The translations under genes and the position numbers were made by a program. The notes below the pieces were generated by a model. The model made no database searches. It was not told the origin of the DNA and saw nothing but the letters and a program-made list of their open reading frames with translations. A stretch of DNA of 63,627 nucleotides, filler included, from Reclinomonas americana ATCC 50394 (taxonomy: Eukaryota), in the NCBI GenBank assembly GCA_048213135.1. It is 12 parts of 9 records of this genome, joined end to end, with 100 filler letters (N's around TTAATTAATTAA, not from the genome) between each part and the next. Parts side by side here need not be neighbours in the genome. Positions count along the whole stretch, not along the records: positions 32,060 to 38,424 come from PS015957.1; positions 38,525 to 41,053 come from AFZH01016263.1; positions 41,154 to 44,505 come from PS015958.1; positions 44,606 to 51,420 come from PS015959.1; 8 more parts are not named here. The stretch is one strand, 5' to 3'. This document shows positions 35,199 to 47,351 of the stretch, piece after piece. The stretch's first letter is position 1; every line of letters begins with the position of its first letter.

Positions 35199-37405
35199 TC
35201 AGTGCATCTCCATATCCACCACGATCTTCCCCAGCGGATGACCACGCCCGGTCTCCAGCCGCTGCAGTCCCTCTGCCACCTGTTCGAGGGGGATGCGCTC
35301 TGCCACACACGCACTCATCTTGCCGCTGCTGACCATCGAAATCACCGCCTCGCCAATGTCGTGCAGCATGCGACGACCCGTGTCACCGTCGGCGTGCAAG
35401 CCGGCGCCCAGGAACACGTAGTGGATGCTCACACCGCGCGACAGCAGTGCAAAGGACGACGGCTCGAGTTCCTCCGGTGTCAACACAATGGGCCCTGCGG
35501 TCGTCGTCGCGGTCAGCAAGTGTAGCGGGAGAAAGGAGTAAACGCAAGGCGCACCCATGATGGTGGTCACGTGGCCGCCGAATGCCAGCGCGTCCATGCA
35601 CCGGCGTGCTTCCTTCGAGTCCACATTGTTCTGCGCATGCAAAGCACATGAGCGTCACAATTATGTCGTGCGACAACAAAGGGAAAGAGACCTGCGCGTA
35701 GTCGACACCACGACCATCGGTGATCTCACGCACGCGCGCCACGACATCCTCGGTGTGATAGTCGACTGCGAGTCGGGGAAGTTTGGTGAGCACAATGGAG
35801 GTGACAAGTTTGCAACTGAGAGAGAGAGAGAAAGCGTCTCTTCCCCTTTTCCCTCCCTCTTCCCTTCCCAGACTCACTGGTGTGCGTGGCACCGAGTGAC
35901 CGACAATAGTCGCCAGACGACGCCGAGCAGGTGGCAATGATCGGCGACAAACCTGCGCACGAATGCGTCATGAGTGAGATGCAGCAGCAGCACACTGAAG
36001 TTACCATAACGCACCCAAGTTGCGCGCCATCTGCAGCGCAAAGCTGCCGACACCGCCGGCACCGGCAGTCACCAGGATCGAGCGCCCCGGCTGCACATTC
36101 ATCTTGGTGACCAGGCACTGATACGCCGTCCACGCCGCGCACGGTAGCGCGCCGGCATCGCTAAAGACAGGGAGACCATGAGCATACAGCACACTTGTGC
36201 ACTCGCCGCCACTCTCGGCGCGCAACGCAACGTAAACGACACATCGTCGGGCAGCGGCACGCACACGTCGGCCGCGGCCAGGCAGTATTCGGCAAACGAG
36301 CCGTGCCCGTTGGGCGGCAGGTGGCTGTACACGCGAGCGCCGACAGGCAGCTTTGTGGCGTCGACGCCAGGGCCGAGTTGGTCCACAGTGCCGGCAACAT
36401 CGCAACCTGTGAGACGGAAGAGGAGTGAGCGAGGGGAGAAGCGAGAAAGAGAAGGGAAGAAGAGGAAGAGAAGGAAGCGGAGTAAGAAGGGGAAGGAGGA
36501 CGATGAGGGAGAGAAGACGAGAGACGAGAAGAACGATGACGACAGAAGAGATGGGAAAGGGAAGAAGAAATGGGAGCATGCGAAACATGTGTGGAGACAG
36601 GAGCAGGAGCAGGAGGAGGAGGAGGAGGAGGAGGTGGAAGAGGAAGAACAAAAAGGACAGCAACAACAACAACAACAAGAAGAAGAAGAAGAAGAAGAAT
36701 GAAGGCGACAGAAGAGGAGAGAAGAAAAGACGAGACAAGAGAAGAATGAGGAGCACGAGAAGCAGGGAGGAGCAGGAGACAGGAAGAGGAAGGATGACGA
36801 GGGAAGAGAAGACGACAGAAGAATGCAGATGAGAAAGAGAAGAGAAAGGGACGCATGCGCAGCAGGCTTGGAGACAAGAGGAAGAAGAGAAGAGGAGGAG
36901 GAAGACAAGAAGAAGAGGAAGAGCAGGAGGCGAAGACAGAGGGCGGAGAGTGGAGGTGCAGATGCAAAGAGAAGGAGCGATCAAGGAAAAATGAAGCGAT
37001 GAAGAGGGCGAGAAGAACCAGGCGGAGAAGAAGAAGGAGCAAGAATGCTCTCTCTCTCTCTCTCTCTTCTTTCTCCCTCCACGCTTCCCCCTCCTCCCTC
37101 CCCTCTTCTCTCTTCTCCTCTCTCCTCTCTCACCTGGCACAAAGGGAAACTTTCTACGATGCCGACCCACCATATCCACGCACTTGTAACTGCACACGTA
37201 GTGAGCGATCATCGCGAGTGCATCACACACACCCCCACACACAGTGTGTATGAGAGGGAGAGCATGCACACACACGTAACTCCCACGGATTCAGTGCCGC
37301 CGCATACACTCGCAGGCGCACCTGCCCGGGACCCGGTTCCGGCGCTGCGGCATTGTCAAGCACTTGCAGCTCGCCATCGGCACTGGCCAGAGCAACTGCG
37401 CGCAT
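35199..37405 (-). CDS. MDR-superfamily NADPH:quinone oxidoreductase / enoyl reductase-like protein
   Basis: PEPGPGQVRLRVYAAALNP; GCDVAGTV..GPGV; GSFAEY; ALPCAAWTAYQCL; ILVTAGAGGVGSFALQMA; TDGRGVD; GKIVV. Confidence 0.88.
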
Positions 37406-37551
37406 GAGAACAAATCGAAAAAATGGACTGTGTAGTAATTCCGCACACTCGTCCGCTCAGTATCAATCGGATCGGATGCAATATCCTCGCACTCTGAGCT
37501 TCTGCTGCCGTTCTTTATTATTCACCCTGGCATCTTCATGCCGTAGGGTTG

Positions 37552-38152
37552 TCATCGTCGCGCGCACATGCCTGCCCGAGCCAGCTGATCGGCGGCCTCA
37601 TTTCCTGCGCACACACACACACACACACAATCACCTTCAATCCCCAGCTGTGTGGGTCGCGAGCCGCGTGCATCTTGCACAACAGACCTTCAATGCCGGC
37701 ATGCCCACGCACATGCACGACGCGGAAACCATCGGGGCCGGCTCTGGCGCGGCGCTCCTGCACAAGCCGCCACAGGCGCTTGAATTCCACGCAGTTCACC
37801 TGCTTCTCCCACGCGTTATTCTTGTCCCACTTGGGCATCCAGTCGAGAATGGCTGTGTGTGCGTGTCGGGTTAGGAGACGCATCATCATCATCCTCTTGT
37901 GGCTCAGTGCGCACGGTGCACAAACCATCGCGCACATAGATTGAATCCGTGTACACGACAATCGGCTCGTCAGGGTCCGTCACCTCCAGTGCACGAATAC
38001 ACGCCTGCAACTCGGCGACTTGGTTGGTGTGCCGATCACCGCGCACAGGCTCCGCCACGTTTCTGCAGCAGTGGCAGCGGCGGTCACATGAGAGGGGGGC
38101 GACAGCAGGGAAAGGAGGTGACAGAGCAGGCACACACACACACACACACACT

Positions 38153-38183
<31 letters not shown>

Positions 38184-39323
38184 CGTGGATCTCCGTGCCC
38201 GAAAAAGACGCCGACTCCAGCCCGTGCTCCCGATCGGCCATTTTTCGAGCACGCGCCGTCCGTGAAGCTGTGAGAAGGGTGTGAGGAACGGCGATCGCCA
38301 AAAAATGTCGACATGATGACGACGAACACATGGGTCGGTGCTCTGCTTTTCGGTCGCGGCAGCACAGGCGGCGGTGACCGCGGCAGCGGGGCGGCCACAG
38401 GCGGTGCAGACGGGAGTCCGGCGANNNNNNNNNNNNNNNNNNNNNNNNNNNNNNNNNNNNNNNNNNNNTTAATTAATTAANNNNNNNNNNNNNNNNNNNN
38501 NNNNNNNNNNNNNNNNNNNNNNNNCTAGCAGGCTTCTCTGGTGACGAAAAGCTGGGAGACACAAACTCCTCCTCCCCTTCCTCCTCCTCCCCGTCGCTAT
38601 ACGCAGAGGCATACTGCAGCTCCGCGAACTTGACATCGAACGCCTCCGGAGTGCGAATCGATCGGCGATGGAGGTACTCTTGCGCCTCCTCCTCAGTGTC
38701 GAACTGTGGTCGAGGGAAGCAGTCAACGACTCTGTGTGTGTACATAGCCTCTCTGTCTCTCTCTCTCTCTCACACACTTACTTTGTGGTACTGCGCGCCC
38801 TGGAAGCCGACCACCTGCTCGGCACATGCCGGCCACGTGCGATAGATGCCACGTCGACGACCACGACGCACGGCATAGTAAAAGCTGGAAGGCGGCAACG
38901 TCGCAGGATCGACCCGAGGTCCCACAAACGCCTCGGCTTCGGCCTTGGTCGCGAACTGAGAGAGCAACGGTGTGTGTGAGAGTGAGTGAGAGAGTGTGAG
39001 CGAGTGAGTGATTGGACCTTCTTGTACACTGCGTTTCTGAAGCCGCTTACGGCGGCTTTGCAGTGGTCCCATGAGGTGAAGACGCCTTGTTGCCAGCCGG
39101 CACGCACGGCATAGTAGGCTTGTGACATTGCTTGCGTGTGTGAGGCAAGCGAATGAGGTCTGATTGACACAGGACGGACACCAAAGCGATGTGTTTTGGT
39201 GTGCGTGACGTGCTGTGTACCGCAGTGAGCTGGTGCCATGTGCCGACTAGAACGCAAGCAGAAGCGCAAAGACGAAGAGAGCGACGTCGAAGTCGGAATA
39301 ACAAATGCTGACGTCACCTTCAT
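37552..39323 (-). CDS. RNASEH1: Ribonuclease H1, copy B, with two hybrid-binding (Caulimovirus viroplasmin) domains; spans a gap
   Basis: YYAVRAGWQQGVFTSWDHC..|FATKAEAEAF; FYYAVRRGRRRGIYRTWPAC..|FDTEEEAQEY; FTDGACSKNG; TNQVAELQA; VYTDS; HVRGHAG|GNEAADQLAR. Start at 39128 or the upstream in-frame ATG at 39323. Confidence 0.88.
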
Positions 39324-39399
39324 AGAACGCTTTATTATACATCGCGCAGCGACGACGACAACTGCATACAACAACCGTCACGCATTCGCCAACTCCAGC

Positions 39400-40639
39400 T
39401 CAACGACGCCCGCTCATACCAGCGCGAGCCAGCCGATCAGCGGCCTCATTTCCTGCTCACAGATGCAGTGAGATCGTTTGCCAGCTAGCCGAGCAATGCC
39501 CCTCTGCTGCGAGCCAAACCTTTCACGCCAGCATGCGCAGGCACATGCTCGATGCGGAAACCATCGGGACCGGCGACGGCACGACGCTCTTGCACGAGCG
39601 CATGCAGACGCTTAAACTCCCTGCTGTTCGCCTGGTCATCCCACGTGCCGCGCCTCTCCCACTTGGGCATCCAGCTGACCACGGCTGCGCGGCCCACAAG
39701 TCAGCAAGCAGCACGCTGCTGCGACACTCGCAGCGCACAGACAACTCACCATCGCGCGTATACTTTGAATCCGTGTACACGGCAATCGGCTCCTCCGGCG
39801 CCGTCTTCTCCAGCGCACGGATGCACGCCTGCAACTCCGCCACCTGGTTCGTGTGCTTTTCGCCACGCACCGGTTCCGCCACGTTTCTGTCGCAACATGC
39901 ATGCAGCGTGAGGACGTTGCGAGAAGAGCAAGAGAGGCAAGTCAATTACAAACCGTGGATCGCCCGGTCCAAAGTACACGCCAACGCCCGCACGTGCTCC
40001 CGACTTGCCGTTCCGAGTGCACGCACCATCCGTGTACCTGATACACATGCATGAGAGTGCTTGCAAGAGCAAGACAACCTTCTAATTATTACGAAACACT
40101 CGAGTTGGCGATCGCCTGCGAGGTGGCGGAGGTGGAGGAGACGGAGCTCGTCGAGGGGGTGCAGCAAGTGGGGCCGAGCTGTACGAGGAACGACGCTTCT
40201 GCGCAGGCTCATAGTCGTCATAGTCGTCATAGTCTGCGCGAGAAACATGATGAGAAGCACGACACACACACTTACACGCGTGCTCACAGATTGATACATA
40301 CGCACCACGCTCAGGCGCACGCTTGCGACTGTGTGTGTGTGAGAGAGAGAGAGAGAGTGAGTGAGAGAGAACGGACTCAGCAACATGTGACAACGAAACG
40401 AGTAGCGAGGAGCCGACGAGCTGCCCGCAAAGTCTGCGGCGATCTCCTCTGAGTAGAACTGGACGTGCATGTGTGTGTGAGAGAGAGATGACAAGTGAGC
40501 GTGTGATCAGGGCTCTTGTCTGTCTGTTTGTTACCTTGCGGAAGACGGGGTTTTTGTAGCCGCTGACCGCGGCCTTGCACTCCTCCCACGAGTCGTAGAC
40601 ACCTCGTCGCCAGCCAGATTGCACTGCGTAATAGGCCAT
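39400..40639 (-). CDS. RNASEH1: Ribonuclease H1, copy A, with one hybrid-binding domain
   Basis: MAYYAVQSGWRRGVYDSWEECKAAVSGY; YTDGACTRNG; TNQVAELQA; VYTDS; HVPAHAG|GNEAADRLAR; D-E-D-D catalytic set intact. Confidence 0.9.
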
Positions 40640-40823
40640 TTTGGGTTTGCCTTCGCGATCTCGGAAAAATTGGCGGGATATATCCACCAGTGAGGACGCG
40701 AGGACGGTGGGCGACTCCGGGTGTTTTGTGGGCTCGCTCTGCAGCAACGAATGTGCTTGGGACGGCAGTGTCGACGTTGGTGATTTATTAAACAATCTGC
40801 GCATGCATCTCTGATCCTGACGT

Positions 40824-42105
40824 TTACAGGCAAAGGAGTGCATTCGTGGAACACCGATGCAGAACGACCTCTGCCTCCTCGACCAGGAAGCAGCGCAGCA
40901 CGATCTCCACCAGACAGCGGCGATCTCCTTCTCCTTCTTCTTCTTGCATCTCCTGCACCACATGCATGGCCGACCGCGCACAATCGAGCTCCTGCCGAGC
41001 AAGGCCACACGGCGAGGACCACACTCGAATGGTGTGATCGTCGCTGCAGCTGANNNNNNNNNNNNNNNNNNNNNNNNNNNNNNNNNNNNNNNNNNNNTTA
41101 ATTAATTAANNNNNNNNNNNNNNNNNNNNNNNNNNNNNNNNNNNNNNNNNNNNGTGTGTGGTCACTGGTGACAGGGGAGGAGGTGCGACGGTTGCAGGGG
41201 CACACTGCGCCAGTGTTGTGTGTCGCTGTCACTCCCGACGGCCAGCACGTTGTGAGTGGTGGGAGTGACAAGACAGTGCGAGTGTGGTCGCTGGCCAGTG
41301 GTCGGGAGGTACAGCAATTGCACGGCCAAAGGGGCGATATTTGGTCTATCGTGGTCACTCCCGATGGTGCGCATATTGTCAGTGGGGAGGTTGTGCGACT
41401 TTTAGAGAGGCACACGGATAGGGTGCAATGTGTTGCAGTCACTCCTGACGGACAGCATGTTGTGAGTGCGGTTACGGACTTTAGTATTCGAGTGTGGTCC
41501 CTGGCAACGGGCGACGAGGTGCAGCGACTGTGCGGACACGAAGATGAAGTACTGTCTGTCGCCGTCACTCCCGGCGGCCAGCACGTCGTGAGTGGGAGTT
41601 TTGACTGGACCGTTCGCGTGTGGCTGTTGGCTCGTGGACAAGAGGTGCGTCGGTTTGTGGGACACTGTGCCGCTGTGCGGTCAGTTGTGGTTGCACCCGA
41701 TGGGCAGACTATCGNNNNNNNNNNNNNNNNNNNNNNNNNNNNNNNNNNNNNNNNNNNNNNNNNNNNNNNNNNNNNNNNNNNNNNNNNNNNNNNNNNNNNN
41801 NNNNNNNNNNNNNNNNNNNNNNNNNNNNNNNNNNNNNNNNNNNNNNNNNNNNNNNNNNNNNNNNNNNNNNACACGGTCTTGTCGTCGCTCCCACTCACTA
41901 TGAGCTGTCCGTTGTGTGAGATGGCGACTGCACGCACTGGCGCAGTGTGTCCCTGCAGCAGTCGCACCTCCTCGCCACTCGCAAGCGACCACACTCGCAC
42001 TGTCTTGTCGTAGCTTACACTCGCCACGTGCTGCCCGTCGGGAGTGAGGGCGATAGATGTTACCCCGTTGGTGTGTCCGTGCAAGCACTTGCAGTGGAGA
42101 GACAT
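40824..42105 (-). CDS. WD40 array gene W1 (fragmented: N-terminus 42105-41871, middle piece 41154-41714 in opposite orientation, C-terminus 41052-40824)
   Basis: MSLHCKCLHGHT.. start and the family C-terminal tail ..CGLARQELDCARSAM..EIVLRCFLVEEAEVVL. Linking the pieces across gaps is inferred. Confidence 0.6.
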
Positions 42106-42112
42106 GAAGAGG

Positions 42113-42145
<33 letters not shown>

Positions 42146-42297
42146 GTGTGTGGAGAAGGACAGCTAATGTGGGACGCTGCACTAACGACGTTGCTGCGTC
42201 GCCTGTGTTCAATGTTCCACAGTCGACGACCTACAAACAAGGGGCTCTCTTTACAATGTTTCAAAACACAGCACATCAGAGCACGAATAACCTGTGG

Positions 42298-43295
42298 TCA
42301 CAGGCAAAAGAGTGCACTTGACGAACACCGATGCAGAACGACCTCTGCCTCCTCGACCACGAAGCAGCGCAGCACAATCTCTATCAAGCAGCGGCGATCT
42401 CCTTCTTCTTCTTCTTCTTCTTGCATCTCCTGCACCACGCGCACGGCCGACCGCGCACCCTCGAGCTCCAATCGCGCAAGGCCGCACGGCGAGGACCACA
42501 CGCGAATGGTGTTGTCCCAGCTCCCACTAACAANNNNNNNNNNNNNNNNNNNNNNNNNNNNNNNNNNNNNNNNNNNNNNNNNNNNNNNNNNNNNNNNNNN
42601 NNNNNNNNNNNNNNNNNNNNNNNNNNNNNNNNNNNNNNNNNNNNNNNNNNNNNNNNNNNNNNNNNNNNNNNNNNNNNNNNNNNNNNNNNNNNNNNNNNNN
42701 NNNNNNNNNNNNNNNNNNNNNNNNNNNNNNNNNNNNNNNNNNNNNNNNNNNNNNNNNNNNNNNNNNNNNNNNNNNNNNNNNNNNNNNNNNNNNNNNNNNN
42801 NNNNNNNNNNNNNNNNNNNNNNNNNNNNNNNNNNNNNNNNNNNNNNNNNNNNNNNNNNNNNNNNNNNNNNNNNNNNNNNNNNNNNNNNNNNNNNNNNNNN
42901 NNNNNNNNNNNNNNNNNNNNNNNNNNNNNNNNNNNNNNNNNNNNNNNNNNNNNNNNNNNNNNNNNNNNNNNNNNNNNNNNNNNNNNNNNNNNNNNNNNNN
43001 NNNNNNNNNNNNNNNNNNNNNNNNNNNNNNNNNNNNNNNNNNNNNNNNNNNNNNNNNNNNNNNNNNNNNNNNNNNNNNNNNNNNNNNNNNNNNNNNNNNN
43101 NNNNNNNNNNNNNNNNNNNNNNNNNNNNNNNNNNNNNNNNNNNNNNNNNNNNNNNNNNNNNNNNNNNNNNNNNNNNNNNNNNNNNNNNNNNNNNNNNNNN
43201 NNNNNNNNNNNNNNNNNNNNNNNNNNNNNNNNNNNNNNNNNNNNNNNCGTCAAGACGTTAGCGTGTCCGTGCAAACTCTTGCAGAGGAGAGACAT
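42298..43295 (-). CDS. WD40 array gene W2 (middle in gap)
   Basis: MSLLCKSLHGHANVL at 43295 and the family C-terminal tail at 42533-42298. Confidence 0.7.
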
Positions 43296-43481
43296 GAAGA
43301 GGGATGTGTGTAAGCGCGCGGTGAGATAAGAGTGTGAAGAATGGGACAAGCAGTCGGCTCATGGACGTCGCCTTGAGTTTACGTTCCACTGCAAAGCCAA
43401 GGACCGCCACGCACAAACACGAGAAGAGTCTTCTACTTTATTTTGTTAACAAACACCGCACATCAGAGCAATAACCTGTGG

Positions 43482-44653
43482 TCACAGGCAAAGGAGTGCA
43501 CTTGACGAACACCGATGCAGAACGACCTCCGCCTCCTCGACCACGAAGCAGCGCAGCACGATCTCCGCCAAGCAGCGTGGATCCTCCCCCACTTCATCTT
43601 GCATCTCCTGCACCACGCGCATAGCTGACCGCGCACCCTCGAGCTCCAATCGAGCAAGGCCACACGGCGAGGACCACACGCGAATGGTGTTGTCCCAGCT
43701 CCCACTAACGATGTGCTGACCGTCGCTTGAGACGGCAACAGATCGCGCAGTGGAAGTGTGCCCTTCCAGCACGTGCACCTCTTCACCACTCGTCAGGGAC
43801 CACACGCATACAGTGGTGTCCCTGCTTCCACTCACCACGTGCTGGCAGTCGGGAGTGACGGCGACGGACATCACCCGATTAGTGTGTCCCTCCAGCCGTC
43901 GCATTTCATCACCCGTTTCCAGCGACCACACTCGAATAGTGTTGTCCCAACTCCCAGTCACAACATGCTCTCCGTCAGGAGTGATGGCGACTGCCCACAC
44001 CCAGTGAGCGTGCCCTTCAAACTGCCGCACCTCCTCCCCAGTCGCCAGCGACCACAATCGCACTGTACGGTCCTGGCTGCCGCTCACCACGTGCAGTCCA
44101 TCGGGAGTGACGGCAACCGAGTACACGGAACCAGTGTGTCCCTCCAACAGACGCACATCGTCGCCACTCTCCAGTGACCACACACAGATTGTACCGTCGA
44201 GACTCCCACTCGCAACGTGCTGACCAGCGGGAGTGAGAGCGACGAACGGCACGCTCACAGTGTGACCCGCCAGACGCCGGTGTCGCACCTCTTCCCCAGT
44301 CGCCAGCGACCAAATGCGCACGATAGTCATCCTCGCTCCCACTTACGATGTGGCGCCCATCGTGAGTAACGGCGACAGATGACACCTCTTCATTGTGTCC
44401 TTCCAATCGTCGCACCTCCTCGCCCGTCGTCAGTAACCACACACGCACGGTTTTATCCGTACTCCCGCTGACGATGTATTGCCCGTCTGGAGTGAGGGCG
44501 ACAGANNNNNNNNNNNNNNNNNNNNNNNNNNNNNNNNNNNNNNNNNNNNTTAATTAATTAANNNNNNNNNNNNNNNNNNNNNNNNNNNNNNNNNNNNNNN
44601 NNNNNCCTCAAGACGTTAGCGTGGCCGTGCAAACACTTGCAGAGGAGAGGCAT
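43482..44653 (-). pseudogene. WD40 array gene W3 with a frameshift near 44325 (pseudogene or sequencing error)
   Basis: MPLLCKCLHGHANVL start; repeats switch frame at SGSEDD/IVRIWSL; family tail intact. Confidence 0.65.
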
Positions 44654-44834
44654 GAAGAGGGATGTGTGTAAGCGCGCGGTGAAAGAAAGTGTGAAGAATG
44701 TGTGGGACAAGCAAGTCGGCTCATGGACGTCGCCTTGAGTTTACGTTCCACTGCAAAGCCAAGGACCGCCACGCACAAACACGAGGAGAGTCTTCTTCTT
44801 TACTTTGTTCACAACACAGCACACCAGAACACAA

Positions 44835-45899
44835 TCACAGACGAAGGAGCGGATCTGCGGAACATTGATGGAGAACGACCTCCGCCTCCTCGACTAGGAA
44901 GCACCGCAGCGCAATCTCCGCCAAGCAGCGGCGATCTCCTTCTCCTTCTCCCTGCATCTCCTGCACCACATGCATGGCCGACCGCGCACAATCGAGCTCC
45001 TGCTGAGCGAGGCCACACGGCGAGGACCACACACGAATGGTGCGATCGTCGCTGCAACTGACGACATGCTGACCGTCGGGCGAGACGACAACAGTGCGCA
45101 CAAGATTCGTGTGCCCCTCCAGCCGCCGCACCTCCTCTCCAGTCGCCAGTGACCACACGCGCACAGTTGCGTCAAACCCCCCACTCACGAGGTGCTGGCC
45201 GTCGAGAGTGACAGCGACAGACATTACTCGATCAGCGTGTCCCTGCAGCCGTCGCACCTCCTCACCACTCGCCAGGGACCACACTCGAATAGTGGTGTCA
45301 AGACTTGCGCTAATAATGTGCTCTCCATCGGAAGTAACAGTAACACATTGCACCCTATCCGTGTGCCCCTCCAACCGTCGCACTTCTTCGCCGGTCGTAA
45401 GCGACCACACCCGCACTGTGGTATCGTGGCTTCCACTGACAACATGGGTGCTATCGGGAGTGACGGCGACAGACCAAACATCGCCTGTGTGGCCTCGCAG
45501 GAGTCGCACCTCCTCCCCAGTCGCCAGTGACCACACGCGCACTGCCATGTCACTGCCACCACTCACAACGTGCTGGCCGTCGGGGGTGACGGCGACAGAG
45601 TACACGCCTTTCGAGTGTCCCTTCATCCGGTGCACCTCCTCCCCTGTCGCCAGTGACCACACTCGCACAGTCTTATCTTGACTCGCACTCACGATGTGTT
45701 GGCAGTCGACAGTGGCGGCGACAGACCACACTGGCCCAGAGTGTCCCTCCAGCAGTCGCACCTCCTCGCCACTCGCCAGTGACCACACACACACCGTCCT
45801 GTCTAGGCCGCCGCTCACAATGTGCTGTCCATCGGGAGTGAGGGCGATGTATAGCACGGCACCGGTGTGCCCATGCAAACACTTGCGGAGGAGAGACAT
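44835..45899 (-). CDS. WD40 array gene W4: intronless, 7 x 42-aa WD40 repeats plus conserved tail
   Basis: 354-aa ORF with seven GH..V..VA.TPDG.H.VSG..D.TVRVWSLA.GEEVR repeats. Confidence 0.92.
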   Translation of the reverse strand: MSLLRKCLHGHTGAVLYIALTPDGQHIVSGGLDRTVCVWSLASGEEVRLLEGHSGPVWSVAATVDCQHIVSASQDKTVRVWSLATGEEVHRMKGHSKGVYSVAVTPDGQHVVSGGSDMAVRVWSLATGEEVRLLRGHTGDVWSVAVTPDSTHVVSGSHDTTVRVWSLTTGEEVRRLEGHTDRVQCVTVTSDGEHIISASLDTTIRVWSLASGEEVRRLQGHADRVMSVAVTLDGQHLVSGGFDATVRVWSLATGEEVRRLEGHTNLVRTVVVSPDGQHVVSCSDDRTIRVWSSPCGLAQQELDCARSAMHVVQEMQGEGEGDRRCLAEIALRCFLVEEAEVVLHQCSADPLLRL

Positions 45900-46088
45900 G
45901 AAGAGAATGTGAGCGCGGTGAGAGTGCGACTGATGAAGGAGAGTACATGTGGGACATTAGCCGGCTCCATCAACGACGTCGTCGCTTGCGTTCAATGTTC
46001 CACGAGAGCAGCGACGTACAAACACGAGGAGAGTCTTCGTCTTCACTTTGTTTCAAAAAAAAAAGCGCAACAGAACACAGCGACAGGA

Positions 46089-47147
46089 TCACAACGCATC
46101 CGAAAAACACCGACGGAGAACAATCTCCGCCTCCTCCACCAGGAAGCAGCGCAGCACGATCTCCGGCAGACAGCGTGGATCCTCTTCTCCGATATCATGC
46201 AGCATCTCCTGCACCGCCAACATGGCCGACCGCGCACCCTCGAGCTCCTGTCGAGCAAGGCCACGCGGTGTTGACCACACTCGAATGGTGCGGTCCCAGC
46301 TCCCGCTCACGATGTGCTGGCCGTCACTTGAGACGGTAACAGACCGCACAGTGGACGTGTGCCCCTCCAGTCGCCGCACCTCCTCCCCACTCGCCAGTGA
46401 CCACATGCGCATAGTGAAGTCCCTGCCCGCAGTCAGAACGTGCCGGCCATCGGGAGTGACGGCGACAGACATCACTCGATTGGCGTCTCCCCTCAGTCGT
46501 CGCCCCACGCTGCCGGTTGCCAGCGACCACACTCGAATAGTGTTGTCCCAGCTCCCAGTCACAACACGCTCTCCGTCAGGAGTGACGGCGACTGCCCACA
46601 CGCAGTCAGAGTGTCCTTTCAATTGCCGCACCTCCTTCCCAGTCGCCAGCGACCACACTCGCACTATGGGATGCTTGCTGCTGCTCACAACGTGCTGTCC
46701 ATCGGGAGTGACGGTAACAGACCACACTGGTGCGCCGTGCCCCTCCAATCTTTGCATTTCCTCACCACTCGCCAGTGACCACACGCGAACGGTCATATCT
46801 TCACCCCCACTCACAATGCACTCATCACTGGGAGTGATGGCGACACACCACACGACACCAGCGTGTCCCTGCAATTGTCGCACCTCCTCCCCCGTCGCCA
46901 GCAACCAGATGCGCACTGCCTCGTCGTAGCCTCCGCTCGCAATGTGCTGTCCGTCGTGAGTAACGGCGACTGCACACACTTGCGCAGTGTGCCCCTCCAT
47001 GCGTCGCACTTCCTTGCCACTCGCCAGTGACCACACTCGCACTGTCGTGTCGTGGCCTCCACTGACAATGTATTGCCCGTCTGGAGTGACAGCGACAGAC
47101 GACAACACGTTGGTGTGGCCACGCAAGCACTTGCAGTAGAGAGACAT
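46089..47147 (-). CDS. WD40 array gene W5
   Basis: MSLYCKCLRGHT start at 47147, seven repeats, tail containing DPRCLPEIVLRCFLVEEAE. Confidence 0.92.
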   Translation of the reverse strand: MSLYCKCLRGHTNVLSSVAVTPDGQYIVSGGHDTTVRVWSLASGKEVRRMEGHTAQVCAVAVTHDGQHIASGGYDEAVRIWLLATGEEVRQLQGHAGVVWCVAITPSDECIVSGGEDMTVRVWSLASGEEMQRLEGHGAPVWSVTVTPDGQHVVSSSKHPIVRVWSLATGKEVRQLKGHSDCVWAVAVTPDGERVVTGSWDNTIRVWSLATGSVGRRLRGDANRVMSVAVTPDGRHVLTAGRDFTMRMWSLASGEEVRRLEGHTSTVRSVTVSSDGQHIVSGSWDRTIRVWSTPRGLARQELEGARSAMLAVQEMLHDIGEEDPRCLPEIVLRCFLVEEAEIVLRRCFSDAL

Positions 47148-47351
47148 GAATGGGTGTGCGGAGAGGATCAAAGGACACAGTGTGCACGTGGGACTCCGTC
47201 GCAATCCACTCTCTCGTGTGCTGCTGTCACCAGCTTCCTTGCCATACAACGTCCACCTCTGCAGGGCTCATCCGCGTCGCAACTAACACAGGACCACCTG
47301 TTCGCATTCTTCAACGACTCTTCTCCTCACTTGCGCGCGCGCATCTCAATC

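Noticed and set aside
37552..40639. RNase H domains as a retroelement or caulimovirus insertion
   Set aside because: Intron-containing cellular RNase H1 architecture; no RT, integrase, gag or LTRs nearby.
40640..40804. In-frame upstream ATG (MRRLFNKS..) as a mitochondrial leader of RNase H1 copy A
   Set aside because: Only 20 bp from the W1 stop codon and overlapping an AATAAA; more likely the 3' UTR of W1.
41154..41714. Inverted WD40 cassette inside W1 as a biological inversion
   Set aside because: Also gap-bounded, and the same artefact occurs at the aminotransferase. Not supportable without long reads.
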